64,000 bases of DNA from Candidatus Thorarchaeota archaeon (GTDB lineage: Archaea; Asgardarchaeota; Thorarchaeia; Thorarchaeales; Thorarchaeaceae), in assembly GCA_003345545.1 (NCBI GenBank), contig PRDH01000081.1, positions 1 through 64,000 of the forward strand, given 5' to 3'. Position numbers and translations under genes: made by a program. Every line of letters starts with the position of its first letter. The stretch's first letter is position 1. A model generated the notes under the pieces. It saw only the letters and a program-made list of their open reading frames with translations. It was not told the origin of the DNA and ran no database searches. This document shows positions 55,676 to 64,000 of the stretch, piece after piece.

Positions 55676-56377
55676 CTACCTCTGCTTTGCATTATCATAT
55701 ACAACTCGGGTACCAATCTTTTCTCCACGAAAGGCTCGCGAGAAATTGCTTGCATCTGTCCCATCGAAAATGATCGTAGGTATCTTTGATCGCTCAACAA
55801 CCCTAATGGCGACCGGATCGAACAGCTTGTACTCTCCAGCTTTTGTACCTCCGGCTTCGAGTATCTTTCGCAACTTGTCAATGGTGACAGACTCCAGTTT
55901 TACAGCGCCCGTCTTCTTAGGATCTCTGTCATAGACCCCATCGACATTGGTTGCATTAAACAGAATCTCTGCTCGAACAGTTTCGGCTGCTACTGCTGCG
56001 ACTGCATTGGTGGACTGTGCTGGTATCAGGCCTCCCATTAATACAACCTTGTTCAAGTTGACAGCGACTTCAAGCTCATCAAGGGTTTCCACTATCGTCG
56101 GATACGCAATACTGCCAAGGGCTGCGCATAACAGCTCTGCATTGTCCCTAGCTAGTTTAATTCCAAGCCAGTCACACTGAGCCTCGGTTGCTCCGAGAGA
56201 CCGAGCTGCATCTATGAACGTTCGTGCTGGCTTGCCGCCACCGACCACGACAATAATGGAATGGCCCTCTTTCACCAAGGACTTGATGATATTGGCATAG
56301 TCCTTCACTCTATCGACGATTACACTGCCGTCTTTGTCATAGAGGAGAGACCCTCCAAGTTTCAACACTGCTCTCAT
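55676..56377 (-). CDS. pyrH: UMP kinase (archaeal type)
   Basis: VLKLGGS, VVGGG..AR, D.LGI, QSTNAVA, TNVDGVY..DP; start MRAVL at 56377. Confidence 0.95.
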   Translation of the reverse strand: MRAVLKLGGSLLYDKDGSVIVDRVKDYANIIKSLVKEGHSIIVVVGGGKPARTFIDAARSLGATEAQCDWLGIKLARDNAELLCAALGSIAYPTIVETLDELEVAVNLNKVVLMGGLIPAQSTNAVAAVAAETVRAEILFNATNVDGVYDRDPKKTGAVKLESVTIDKLRKILEAGGTKAGEYKLFDPVAIRVVERSKIPTIIFDGTDASNFSRAFRGEKIGTRVVYDNAKQR

Positions 56378-56614
56378 GGCAAGTCCTCTTGGTATGCCTT
56401 GTGGATAGTTTTCCTTCTGACCATTAAAGAAGCTTTCTTGAATGCACCAGTTCGCCGAATTTTCGAACACTACCAGTTTTCTCCCAGAATCCCTGTAATG
56501 TCATGCGGGCCACATAGGCAAATAGAACTGACCAAAGCCCTTTTAGGTGGAATAACCTCAGCGAGTCTAAGCGGCGAGAGCCGACCCTTGTTGACATCAA
56601 GGAGATTGATCCTT

Positions 56615-59086
56615 TTGTCGAACTTAGAACCCAAAATCAAGTCCAAACGGTGGACACCTGAATCAGAGGCTGAACTGCTGGAAACTTGGGCAAAGGAAGA
56701 TACATACGAGTTCAATATGGACTCAGGGAAGAAGATCTACACGGTTGATACTCCCCCTCCCTATCTCTCAGGCCCCATGCACGTAGGGCAGGTCACGCAC
56801 TATACACAGATTGACGCTATTGCACGCTACAGACGAATGCAGGGGTTCGAGGTCAATTTCCCACTTGGAATTGATCGTAATGGTCTACCGGTAGAGATTC
56901 GAGTCGAGAAGGATCTCGGTATTAGTATGCACAGGACACCCCGTGATGAGTTTCTCCACCTGTGCAAGAAACGTCTAGATGATGATGAAAAGATAGCTAT
57001 TCGTGCCTTCAAGAGACTTGGAATCGCCTTCAACACGTATGAGGATAGGGGCAGTTATCGTACCGATAGCCCACGATTCAGGGCTGTGACTCAGGCCACG
57101 TTCATTGAGATTTGGAACAAGGGACTCGTGTATTCTGATGTACGTCCAAACAACTGGTGCTTTGAGTGTGGTACAACTATCGCAGATGCTGAAGTGGAGT
57201 ACTCTGAGCGTCAGACTACCCTGAACTATCTACACTTTGAGGTAGAAGGACTTGATCCGATTGAGATTGCTACAACAAGACCTGAGCTACTCTGTGCATG
57301 TGGCGCAGTGTTTGTTCATCCTGATGATGCACGATATTCTGCTTATCATGGAAAGAAAGCCAGGGTTCCAATCTTCAACATTGAAGTACCCATAATAGCA
57401 AGCTCTGCTGCTCAGATGGAGTTTGCCACAGGAGCTCTAATGGTCTGTAGTTATGGTGATCAGGCTGATGTGATGGCTTTCAGAGATCATGCGCTTACTC
57501 CGATTGCTGCTGTTACACCTGAGGGTACAATGACTGAGGCTGCTGGGAAATATGCCGGCATGACGATGGCTGACGCTAGGAAAGCAATTCTGGCTGATCT
57601 CAAGAAGAAGAAACTGCTTATCCGACAGGAACAGACAATGCAGAGGATACCCCTATGCTGGCGTAGTGGTACACCCATTGAGTTCATTGCGATGAACGAG
57701 TATTACGTGAAACAGGTGGAGTTCGTCGAGGACCTGCTGAAGATCGCCAGAGAAATGACCTTCTACCCACCATTTCACAGGCAGATTCTCATTGATTGGC
57801 TCAACAGAGTCACTGTAGACTGGCCAGTCAGCAGACGCAGATACTATGGCACTGAAATCCCAATCTGGTACTGCAAGTCATGCGGAGCGGCTGTTCTTCC
57901 TGAGCTGACTGGAGAGCCTAAGTATTACCAACCATGGCGAGAGAATCCTCCCTTCTCTAAGTGTCCCAAGTGTGGTGTGGAAGAGGGATTCAGAGGAGAA
58001 GAACGCACCTTTGATACATGGATGGACTCGTCTACTACTGGCCTCCAAATCATAGGATTCATGCGTAATGAAAAGCTGTTCAAGAAAGCCTTTGGAAACG
58101 TACTTCGCCCACAGGGAAAGGACATTGTAAGGACTTGGCTCTATTACTCTCTTCTCCGGACTCTGCAGCTGACAGGGAAGCCTGCGTTTAAAGAAGCATG
58201 GATTTCCGGTCATGTAGTGGATGAAAACGGCGAAACAATGAGCAAGTCCAAAGGCAACTCACCACCTCCGATGCCATTCGTCGAGAAGTATGGTGCCGAT
58301 GCGATGCGTATGTTCGGAATTCTTGAGGCTGGACTCGGCAGCGATGTTCGTTTCTCCGAGGATCGCTTGGCTGGAGTATCGAAATTCATGACCAAGCTCT
58401 GGAATATCGCTCGTTTCATCTCGATGTTTCCAATACCCAAAGAGATGGGATTCAAGAAGCTCACTAGTGTGGATCAATGGATTCTTGCAGAACTGAACAA
58501 GGTCTTGGAGCGAATAGTGCCTGAATGTGATCTTCTTGACTTTCACAAGCCCGCAACAGAAGTCCGAGGATTCACTTGGAACTTCTTCGCGGACATTGTC
58601 ATGGAGATGATCAAGGGACGTGCACTCAATACGAACGGCACCTTTTCAGCAGATGAACAGAAATCTGCCTGGTCCACCTTACATGAGGTATTGAAGAAAG
58701 TGACTCGAGCACTGGCTCCAATTACTCCCTTCATCACTGATCGAATCTACAGAGAGCTCTATGATGAGAGAGGAGTTCACAGACAGAGCTATCCCTTAGT
58801 GCGTAAGGACTGGGAGTCAGATTTGACGGAACACACAGTGCTCTTGCTTCAGACAAACCAAGCACTCTGGAAATTCAAGCGTGAGAATGGGATTTCACTG
58901 AGACAGGGACTCCCTGAGGCCTATATCCCAGAGAATCTTAGACCTTGGTCAAAGGACCTTCAGGCAATGCATGGCATTGAGAGAATCAGCTTTGGACAGC
59001 CCAACGATGCCAAGTTTGTGGAAGTCAAGTTTCTTGAGGTGGAAGGTGCAATCTACATTCGTCCCCCGGCAGAGAATAAGACATGA
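56615..59086 (+). CDS. valS: Valine--tRNA ligase (archaeal type)
   Basis: DTPPPY.SG.MHVGQ (HIGH), TTRPEL, DW.VSRRRYYG, DTWMDSS, RPQGKDI, TMSKSKGN; TTG start near 56615. Confidence 0.95.
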   Translation: MSNLEPKIKSKRWTPESEAELLETWAKEDTYEFNMDSGKKIYTVDTPPPYLSGPMHVGQVTHYTQIDAIARYRRMQGFEVNFPLGIDRNGLPVEIRVEKDLGISMHRTPRDEFLHLCKKRLDDDEKIAIRAFKRLGIAFNTYEDRGSYRTDSPRFRAVTQATFIEIWNKGLVYSDVRPNNWCFECGTTIADAEVEYSERQTTLNYLHFEVEGLDPIEIATTRPELLCACGAVFVHPDDARYSAYHGKKARVPIFNIEVPIIASSAAQMEFATGALMVCSYGDQADVMAFRDHALTPIAAVTPEGTMTEAAGKYAGMTMADARKAILADLKKKKLLIRQEQTMQRIPLCWRSGTPIEFIAMNEYYVKQVEFVEDLLKIAREMTFYPPFHRQILIDWLNRVTVDWPVSRRRYYGTEIPIWYCKSCGAAVLPELTGEPKYYQPWRENPPFSKCPKCGVEEGFRGEERTFDTWMDSSTTGLQIIGFMRNEKLFKKAFGNVLRPQGKDIVRTWLYYSLLRTLQLTGKPAFKEAWISGHVVDENGETMSKSKGNSPPPMPFVEKYGADAMRMFGILEAGLGSDVRFSEDRLAGVSKFMTKLWNIARFISMFPIPKEMGFKKLTSVDQWILAELNKVLERIVPECDLLDFHKPATEVRGFTWNFFADIVMEMIKGRALNTNGTFSADEQKSAWSTLHEVLKKVTRALAPITPFITDRIYRELYDERGVHRQSYPLVRKDWESDLTEHTVLLLQTNQALWKFKRENGISLRQGLPEAYIPENLRPWSKDLQAMHGIERISFGQPNDAKFVEVKFLEVEGAIYIRPPAENKT

Positions 59087-59107
59087 TAATGCCCGCTCCA
59101 CTCGATT

Positions 59108-59542
59108 CTATCCCACTGTCACTTCATTTACATGCTCAGTTGGACACTTCATGCTGTTGGACACAAGGCAGTACTTCCCAGCGAGTTCCAACGCTCGTTC
59201 TGCCTTTGGTATGAGATCTTCAGTGTCGACCGTCACCTTTGTTCTCAGAAGAAGCTTGGTGAACTGAAAGCCCTTCTCCACCTTCTCCAGCGTTCCAAGC
59301 CCTTCACAGGCGAATGACTTGAATTCAACGTGTACTTTCTTTGCGAATGTAATGAAGGTTGTCAGGAAACATGAGGTGGCAGCTGCTACAAAGAGGTCCT
59401 CTGGACTGATGATTCCTTCAGGTCCATCGAATTCAGGAGGTGCTGAGATCTGTATCTTGGGTTTTCCTTTTACAGTCAGATCTCCAACCCTACCGTGTGT
59501 CCAATCAATCTTCACAAGATACTCGTGTGACTCGTCACTCAT
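59108..59542 (-). CDS. OsmC/Ohr family protein
   Basis: PPEFDG, SPEDLFVAA..SC, KYCLVSNS. Confidence 0.9.
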   Translation of the reverse strand: MSDESHEYLVKIDWTHGRVGDLTVKGKPKIQISAPPEFDGPEGIISPEDLFVAAATSCFLTTFITFAKKVHVEFKSFACEGLGTLEKVEKGFQFTKLLLRTKVTVDTEDLIPKAERALELAGKYCLVSNSMKCPTEHVNEVTVG

Positions 59543-59603
59543 CTCTTTCGCCGTAGTTTCTAGCCTTCATCTCCATGAAAAAAGGATTTGGTTCTTGCCG
59601 CAA

Positions 59604-60038
59604 CTACAGAACAACAATCTCAACATCATGTGAGATTGGGCACTTCATACTGTTACCAACAAAACAATACTTCTTTGCTAGCTCTAGGGCCCGACCAATC
59701 TTATCACGAAGCTCTTCGGATTCAATCTGGGCTCTAGCCCTTATCCGAATTCTGGTTATCTCAAAGCTGCGACCGACCTTCTCCAGTGTCCCGACAGCAT
59801 CACATGTGAATGCCTTGAAATCGATGTGCATCTTTCTTGTGAAATCGACGAAGCCATTCATGTAGCAGACTGATGCGGAGGCTACAAAGAGGTCTTCTGG
59901 AGAATGATAGTTCGCCTCCTCAGGATCGCTTGATGAGGTACCAGTTCTTATGACTGCTTTCCCCTCGACTGATAACTTGCCGGTCCTTCCACCGGTCCAG
60001 ACAAGGCTCACAGGAAAAAGTGTTGGCTCTTCACTCAT
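59604..60038 (-). CDS. OsmC/Ohr family protein (tandem paralog)
   Basis: SPEDLFVAS..VC, KYCFVGNS. Confidence 0.88.
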   Translation of the reverse strand: MSEEPTLFPVSLVWTGGRTGKLSVEGKAVIRTGTSSSDPEEANYHSPEDLFVASASVCYMNGFVDFTRKMHIDFKAFTCDAVGTLEKVGRSFEITRIRIRARAQIESEELRDKIGRALELAKKYCFVGNSMKCPISHDVEIVVL

Positions 60039-60098
60039 TCAATACACCTATCCTTTCTCTTGCATAGTCCTGAAAAAGCATTTAGGCGTGGCAACGCT

Positions 60099-60872
60099 CT
60101 ATCCCTTTTCGCCCTTGAAGACGGCAAAGAACGGAATTCGATGCTCTCGATCAAAGAACGCATCATCAGCTGTTGGCTGGGGCTCTCTGAAGGCTACGAG
60201 ATTGAAGCCAGAAGCAATTAGCGCATTCAGGTATGTGCCAAGAGTTCTGTGAAAGAAGCTTATTGCTGCTGGAAATCTCTCGCCTGTCCGAGTGGTCCAA
60301 TAACGTTCGTACTCTCTCTCATCAAAGTACTTGTCGACTTTGAAGTACACCCCCTCTCTTCTTCCAGTCTTAGGGTCTTTCTCACCCATCTCCCAAGAAC
60401 CAGGACCATAGAGATTGAAGGCAGGGTGCACGATGGAGAATACAAGATGTCCACCTTCTCGAAGGACTCGGTAGAACTCTCTGAGTGCCTCTCTGAGGCA
60501 TGGAACATTCAGAAGGACTAGATTTGCGAGCACAATGTCGAATTCGTGGTCTGGAATCGAATCCAGATGACATATGTCCGTCGCTCTGTATTCAACGATG
60601 ATTCCCTCGCGCTTTGCCAGGCTCCTAGACGTTTCTATTAGACGCTCAGATAAGTCGACAGCAGTGACAGAAGCTCCCTTCCCTGCGTAATATCGAGATA
60701 GGTATCCCTCTCCACACCCTGCATCAAGGAGCTTCTTGCCCTTGACATCACCGAGGAGCTGCTCGACGCATGGATTCAGAATGTGTCTGTGGTGAGGTGT
60801 ACCACTTTCTGCAATGAGATCCGCGAATGCCTCTGCATTAGCTTCCCACTGCTGTCGAAATCGGTCGTCCAT
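60099..60872 (-). CDS. Class I SAM-dependent methyltransferase
   Basis: LLDAGCGEG, RVLREGG, FSIVHP, FHRTL. Confidence 0.9.
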   Translation of the reverse strand: MDDRFRQQWEANAEAFADLIAESGTPHHRHILNPCVEQLLGDVKGKKLLDAGCGEGYLSRYYAGKGASVTAVDLSERLIETSRSLAKREGIIVEYRATDICHLDSIPDHEFDIVLANLVLLNVPCLREALREFYRVLREGGHLVFSIVHPAFNLYGPGSWEMGEKDPKTGRREGVYFKVDKYFDEREYERYWTTRTGERFPAAISFFHRTLGTYLNALIASGFNLVAFREPQPTADDAFFDREHRIPFFAVFKGEKG

Positions 60873-61095
60873 GAGCTGTCAACCTAGATCGGCTCTTCTC
60901 AAGTTTTCGCTTGCCTAACCATATTCTATCCCAGGCCTTGCGGACCCGTTTTCTGGTCTTCCCAAGTACTGGGCAACGGTCTACTTGATTGCAGGCCCCA
61001 CTTCGGCTGCAATCTCGTTTTCTACGTGAATTCATGACAAATCAGACCAATCAAAATAAGAGGTCGTAGATATCCGTGCATTTTGGTAGTTCAAG

Positions 61096-62298
61096 ATGGT
61101 CATCGACGAACGGCACTCAGATGAAGCAAAAACAGAGAGAAATCCGGCATACGTGCTTGGACTCGCCTCTTTGCTTAATGATACTGGATCTGATATGATT
61201 GCTCCTATCTGGCCTGCCTTTCTTACCACTCAGCTTGGCATAGATCCCGGTGTTGTACAGATGATTGATGGTCTGGCATTGACAGTCACTTCCCTCTCAA
61301 AGCTAGGCGCTGGCTATGCTTCAGACAAAACAGGCAAACGGAAGCCATTCATTGCTCTGGGATATGCCCTGTCGTCTATTGCACGCATAGGATTCATTCT
61401 TGCCACCTTTGGATACCAGTTCTTCCAGATACTCCTCTGGAAGTCTATGGACCGACTTGGCAAAATGCGAGGGCCCCCACGTGATGCAATAGTTGCTGCT
61501 TACGCATCAGAGAAGAAACGGGGACGTACATTTGGTGTACTGCGGGCACTTGACACCACAGGTGCAGTTCTGGGCTCGTTTATTACCCTCCTTCTCTTTG
61601 CCTATTTAGGTTATACGGGGATTATCCTGTTGGCCGTTGTTCCAGGTCTCGGTTCCGTTGTTGTAGTTTCTGCACTTATAAAGGAAAGAAGAGGAAGAGA
61701 TGCCTTCAAGGGGGTGAATTTCCGTGGTCTTGACCGCAATCTTAAGGTATTTCTCGTGGCCTCTGTTCTCTTTGCTCTTGCGACTTTCAGCTACTCACTA
61801 TTGATTCTCTATTCAGCCACTTTTGGGCACACAGTCATTCAACAGACGGCTCTCTATCTGCTGTTCACGATTGTGTACGCTGCCACAGCATACCCCTTTG
61901 GCAGAATCTCGGATAGGGTGGGTCGAAAACCTGTACTAATTGCTGCCTTCCTCTTCTTGATACTGACAGCAGTCTGGGCCTACTCATTCACCACTGATAT
62001 GCTGACTATCGTGCCTCTCTTCATCCTCTTTGGACTGATGAATGGTGCTCTCGATCCTGTTCAGACAAGCCTGGTCGCTGACCTAGTGGAGGAGAAGCGC
62101 CGTGCGAGTGTCATTGGAGCATTTCAAATGGCGATTGGTATGTCCGCGCTTCCTGGGGGACTGATTATTGGATATCTCTGGGATCAATTCAATCCTCAAG
62201 CAGTCTTCCTGTATTCAATCGTTCTCACATTTCTAGCATTGATTCTACTGTTACTCATACGAACGAAAAGGAGCGAACTGGTAACCAGCGCAAGTTGA
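61096..62298 (+). CDS. MFS transporter
   Basis: SDKTGKRK, DRLGK.RGPPRDA, GRISDRVGRK. Confidence 0.9.
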   Translation: MVIDERHSDEAKTERNPAYVLGLASLLNDTGSDMIAPIWPAFLTTQLGIDPGVVQMIDGLALTVTSLSKLGAGYASDKTGKRKPFIALGYALSSIARIGFILATFGYQFFQILLWKSMDRLGKMRGPPRDAIVAAYASEKKRGRTFGVLRALDTTGAVLGSFITLLLFAYLGYTGIILLAVVPGLGSVVVVSALIKERRGRDAFKGVNFRGLDRNLKVFLVASVLFALATFSYSLLILYSATFGHTVIQQTALYLLFTIVYAATAYPFGRISDRVGRKPVLIAAFLFLILTAVWAYSFTTDMLTIVPLFILFGLMNGALDPVQTSLVADLVEEKRRASVIGAFQMAIGMSALPGGLIIGYLWDQFNPQAVFLYSIVLTFLALILLLLIRTKRSELVTSAS

Positions 62299-62301
62299 AG
62301 A

Positions 62302-62408
62302 TGGTGGACCGGGCGAGATTTGAACTCGCGGCCTTCTGAAGTGTCGGCCTGTGGCTAACACCAGCAAGCTTGCGAATCAGACGATCTACCGGTCTGATCT
62401 ACCGGCCC
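62302..62408 (-). tRNA. tRNA-Ala(CGC) with 30-nt canonical 37/38 intron (62341-62370)
   Basis: Acceptor GGGCCGG/CCGGTCC with G3:U70, TCTGA-TTCGCA|intron|T-TCAGA, CCA. Confidence 0.93.
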
Positions 62409-62460
62409 ACTGAGATGCTTCTCCGTATGGATTTCTTAAAAGATTGTCTGCTCATATGAA

Positions 62461-62754
62461 TCAGATCTCAATCCCAAATGCCTCGGAGAACCGTTCCATT
62501 CTAAGGAACTCCCGAAGGAACTCTCTGCCTTTCTCTGTCAGCAGGTATGACCGATTGTTACTATCAGGGCCCACCTCTTGCACGAGTGCTTTTTCGACCA
62601 GTTCTTCCAGATATTGGGTCAATCGATCATGGGACAGATTTGCCGCGTAGAGTATCTTAGTCGGGCCTGTGCCTTCCTCCCCCTCACTCTGAATGGCACG
62701 CATCATATCTGCTAGGATGCGCATCTTTGAGCGATAGGGTCGCTTCTTACTCAT
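62461..62754 (-). CDS. Archaeal winged-helix regulator (COG3432-like)
   Basis: RSKMRILADM, TKILYAANLS, Y.LTEKG.EFL. Confidence 0.88.
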   Translation of the reverse strand: MSKKRPYRSKMRILADMMRAIQSEGEEGTGPTKILYAANLSHDRLTQYLEELVEKALVQEVGPDSNNRSYLLTEKGREFLREFLRMERFSEAFGIEI

Positions 62755-63368
62755 ACGTTTCGGCCTGCCTTATAGAGCATGACCAATAGCGACAAGAAAC
62801 CAAGGAATTGCGCTCCTTGGCTCAACAGATAGAGGCCGGGAGCTGCAGCGACTTGAGCCATCATAATGTGGCTCAATAGGATGAGGAAGAATCCAACTAG
62901 GACATAACGTGCGAACTTGCTACGCGTTGCCAAGTAGTTGAGGATGGCCTGGAGAACCACCACGACTAGTACCAGTATTGCAACGATCTCGAGACTCGGA
63001 TTGACCAGAAAGGTTGCCATCAACAGCATAGTGACACTTGCTGTGTCTTGGTTCTCTGTTTCCCTACGTGTGGGTTTCGTGGAGATTACGAAAATGGCAT
63101 AGGCCATGATTCTGGATACTCCGTAGGCTATTGTGACAATGTCGGAGATTACATCTGTTGGTTCCCTTACAAGAAAATACCATGTCCCAATCACTCGCCC
63201 GAACATGCCTGCAGATAGGACAAGGAATCCAGTAGATAGATCTGAGAGTCTCTTCTCACCAGTCAGTCGATATGCCTTTGTGGCATAGTAAGACACCATC
63301 AAGGCGATTATCCCACTGACTGCTTCAAAGAGTAAGTCTAGTCTGATGATTCCGGGATCTACTTGCAT
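62751..63368 (-). CDS. Multi-TM membrane protein coupled to the wHTH gene
   Basis: About 6-7 hydrophobic helices; ATGA overlap with the regulator. Confidence 0.7.
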   Translation of the reverse strand: MQVDPGIIRLDLLFEAVSGIIALMVSYYATKAYRLTGEKRLSDLSTGFLVLSAGMFGRVIGTWYFLVREPTDVISDIVTIAYGVSRIMAYAIFVISTKPTRRETENQDTASVTMLLMATFLVNPSLEIVAILVLVVVVLQAILNYLATRSKFARYVLVGFFLILLSHIMMAQVAAAPGLYLLSQGAQFLGFLSLLVMLYKAGRNV

Positions 63369-63696
63369 TGGGTGACGCCTGTCCTATTCTTGTCAGCTTT
63401 GGTCTTATTACTGGTGAATGAATCATCTATGGCTTTTCTCTAATTCGGTGACATAATCCCCTGCTTCAGACGGTCTTTAGTGCGGATACTTCTTCTAGAT
63501 GAATCATCTAGTGGTATCGTTCATCGCGCCTTTATATCGAGAATGCACTATACTTAACGTGCAAATCATGGAGCATGCCAAGAAGGCACTTGCATTCGTG
63601 GTTGCACAGATGGGCCGAACTCTCACGGCCCAACACATGATGGAAGAGTTCCGACAACTGCAAGATGAGCAGACAGGTAGACACTGTTTCTGCTTT

Positions 63697-63722
63697 GAAA
63701 GGCGGAGGAAACTCCGCCCTTC
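63697..63722. terminator. GC-rich hairpin downstream of the last gene
   Basis: GAAAGGCGGAG-GAAA-CTCCGCCCTTC. Confidence 0.45.
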
Positions 63723-63736
63723 CATCGCCTTTTGTT

Positions 63737-64000
63737 CTATCCCTCTTTCTTCTCTAGCATAGACTCTATCTTGTCCAATCGGTCCTTGAGGTCTCTGTTT
63801 TGTTTCTCCAGTTCTTCTATACTCTTTTTCAGAGAATCGATTTCTTTTGGCTCCTTCTTCTTGCTCAGGTTTCTAATAGCAATCCTGCATCTACGAACGG
63901 TTCCACTCTCGGCAGCCTGCTCAGCAAGCCGTGACAGCGCAGGTATGAGAGATGCGTCCTCATAGTCTGAAATTGCGGAGATCGTCATGCTCTGCACTCG
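63737..64000 (-). CDS. C-terminus of a HEAT-repeat/coiled-coil protein (likely M1 aminopeptidase type), truncated by window edge
   Basis: Helical repeat followed by coiled coil LKKSIEELEKQNRDLKDRLDKIE. Confidence 0.55.
   Translation of the reverse strand, partial: RVQSMTISAISDYEDASLIPALSRLAEQAAESGTVRRCRIAIRNLSKKKEPKEIDSLKKSIEELEKQNRDLKDRLDKIESMLEKKEG

Noticed and set aside
56261-56614. Long N-terminal extensions of ValS and PyrH in the ORF track
   Set aside because: They overlap each other on opposite strands; conserved sequence starts at 56615 and 56377.
60838-61035. Ribosomal protein eL39-like call for the basic ORF
   Set aside because: Basic composition only; it lacks the eL39 motifs.
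63499-63762. ORFs at 63499-63762 (+) and 63504-63725 (-)
   Set aside because: They run through a terminator-like hairpin and have no recognisable motifs.
1-64000. CRISPR array, rRNA, IS/transposase or prophage genes; the many short antisense ORFs
   Set aside because: No regularly spaced repeats or mobile-element proteins were seen; the short ORFs are shadows of well-supported genes.

Overview
Archaeal chromosomal window, most likely Asgard (Thorarchaeia-like). This is inferred from archaeal r-proteins, SRP19-Gar1-TFE-beta, Mch, a longin-domain protein, a 22-aa LRR protein and a Urm1-like protein. It carries housekeeping genes (rpl3-rpl4-rpl23-rpl2, cdrS-ftsZ, pyrB, pyrH, valS, trm1, rlmE, polX, acs) and metabolic genes (HypD-like glycyl radical enzyme, korB/korC, GH13 glucosidase, HDAC/AcuC, CoA-transferase-GNAT fusion). 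All five complete tRNA genes (Thr-GGT, Pro-TGG, Ile-GAT, Leu-CAA, Ala-CGC) contain 29-34 nt bulge-helix-bulge introns: 7 introns in total, 4 at non-canonical D-loop or T-loop positions. The best candidate for an undescribed system is a swivel-His dikinase split into a stand-alone ATP-grasp gene and a stand-alone phospho-His gene, divergent from two uncharacterised genes (42203-45767). Also notable: a NifS/Sec-lyase-SelD fusion, an Mch with its catalytic Glu replaced by Gly, and nested 5'-tRNA-Leu remnants separating orphan membrane-protein genes. No CRISPR array, rRNA, transposase or integrase was seen. Product calls rest on motif recognition only; no database searches were run.
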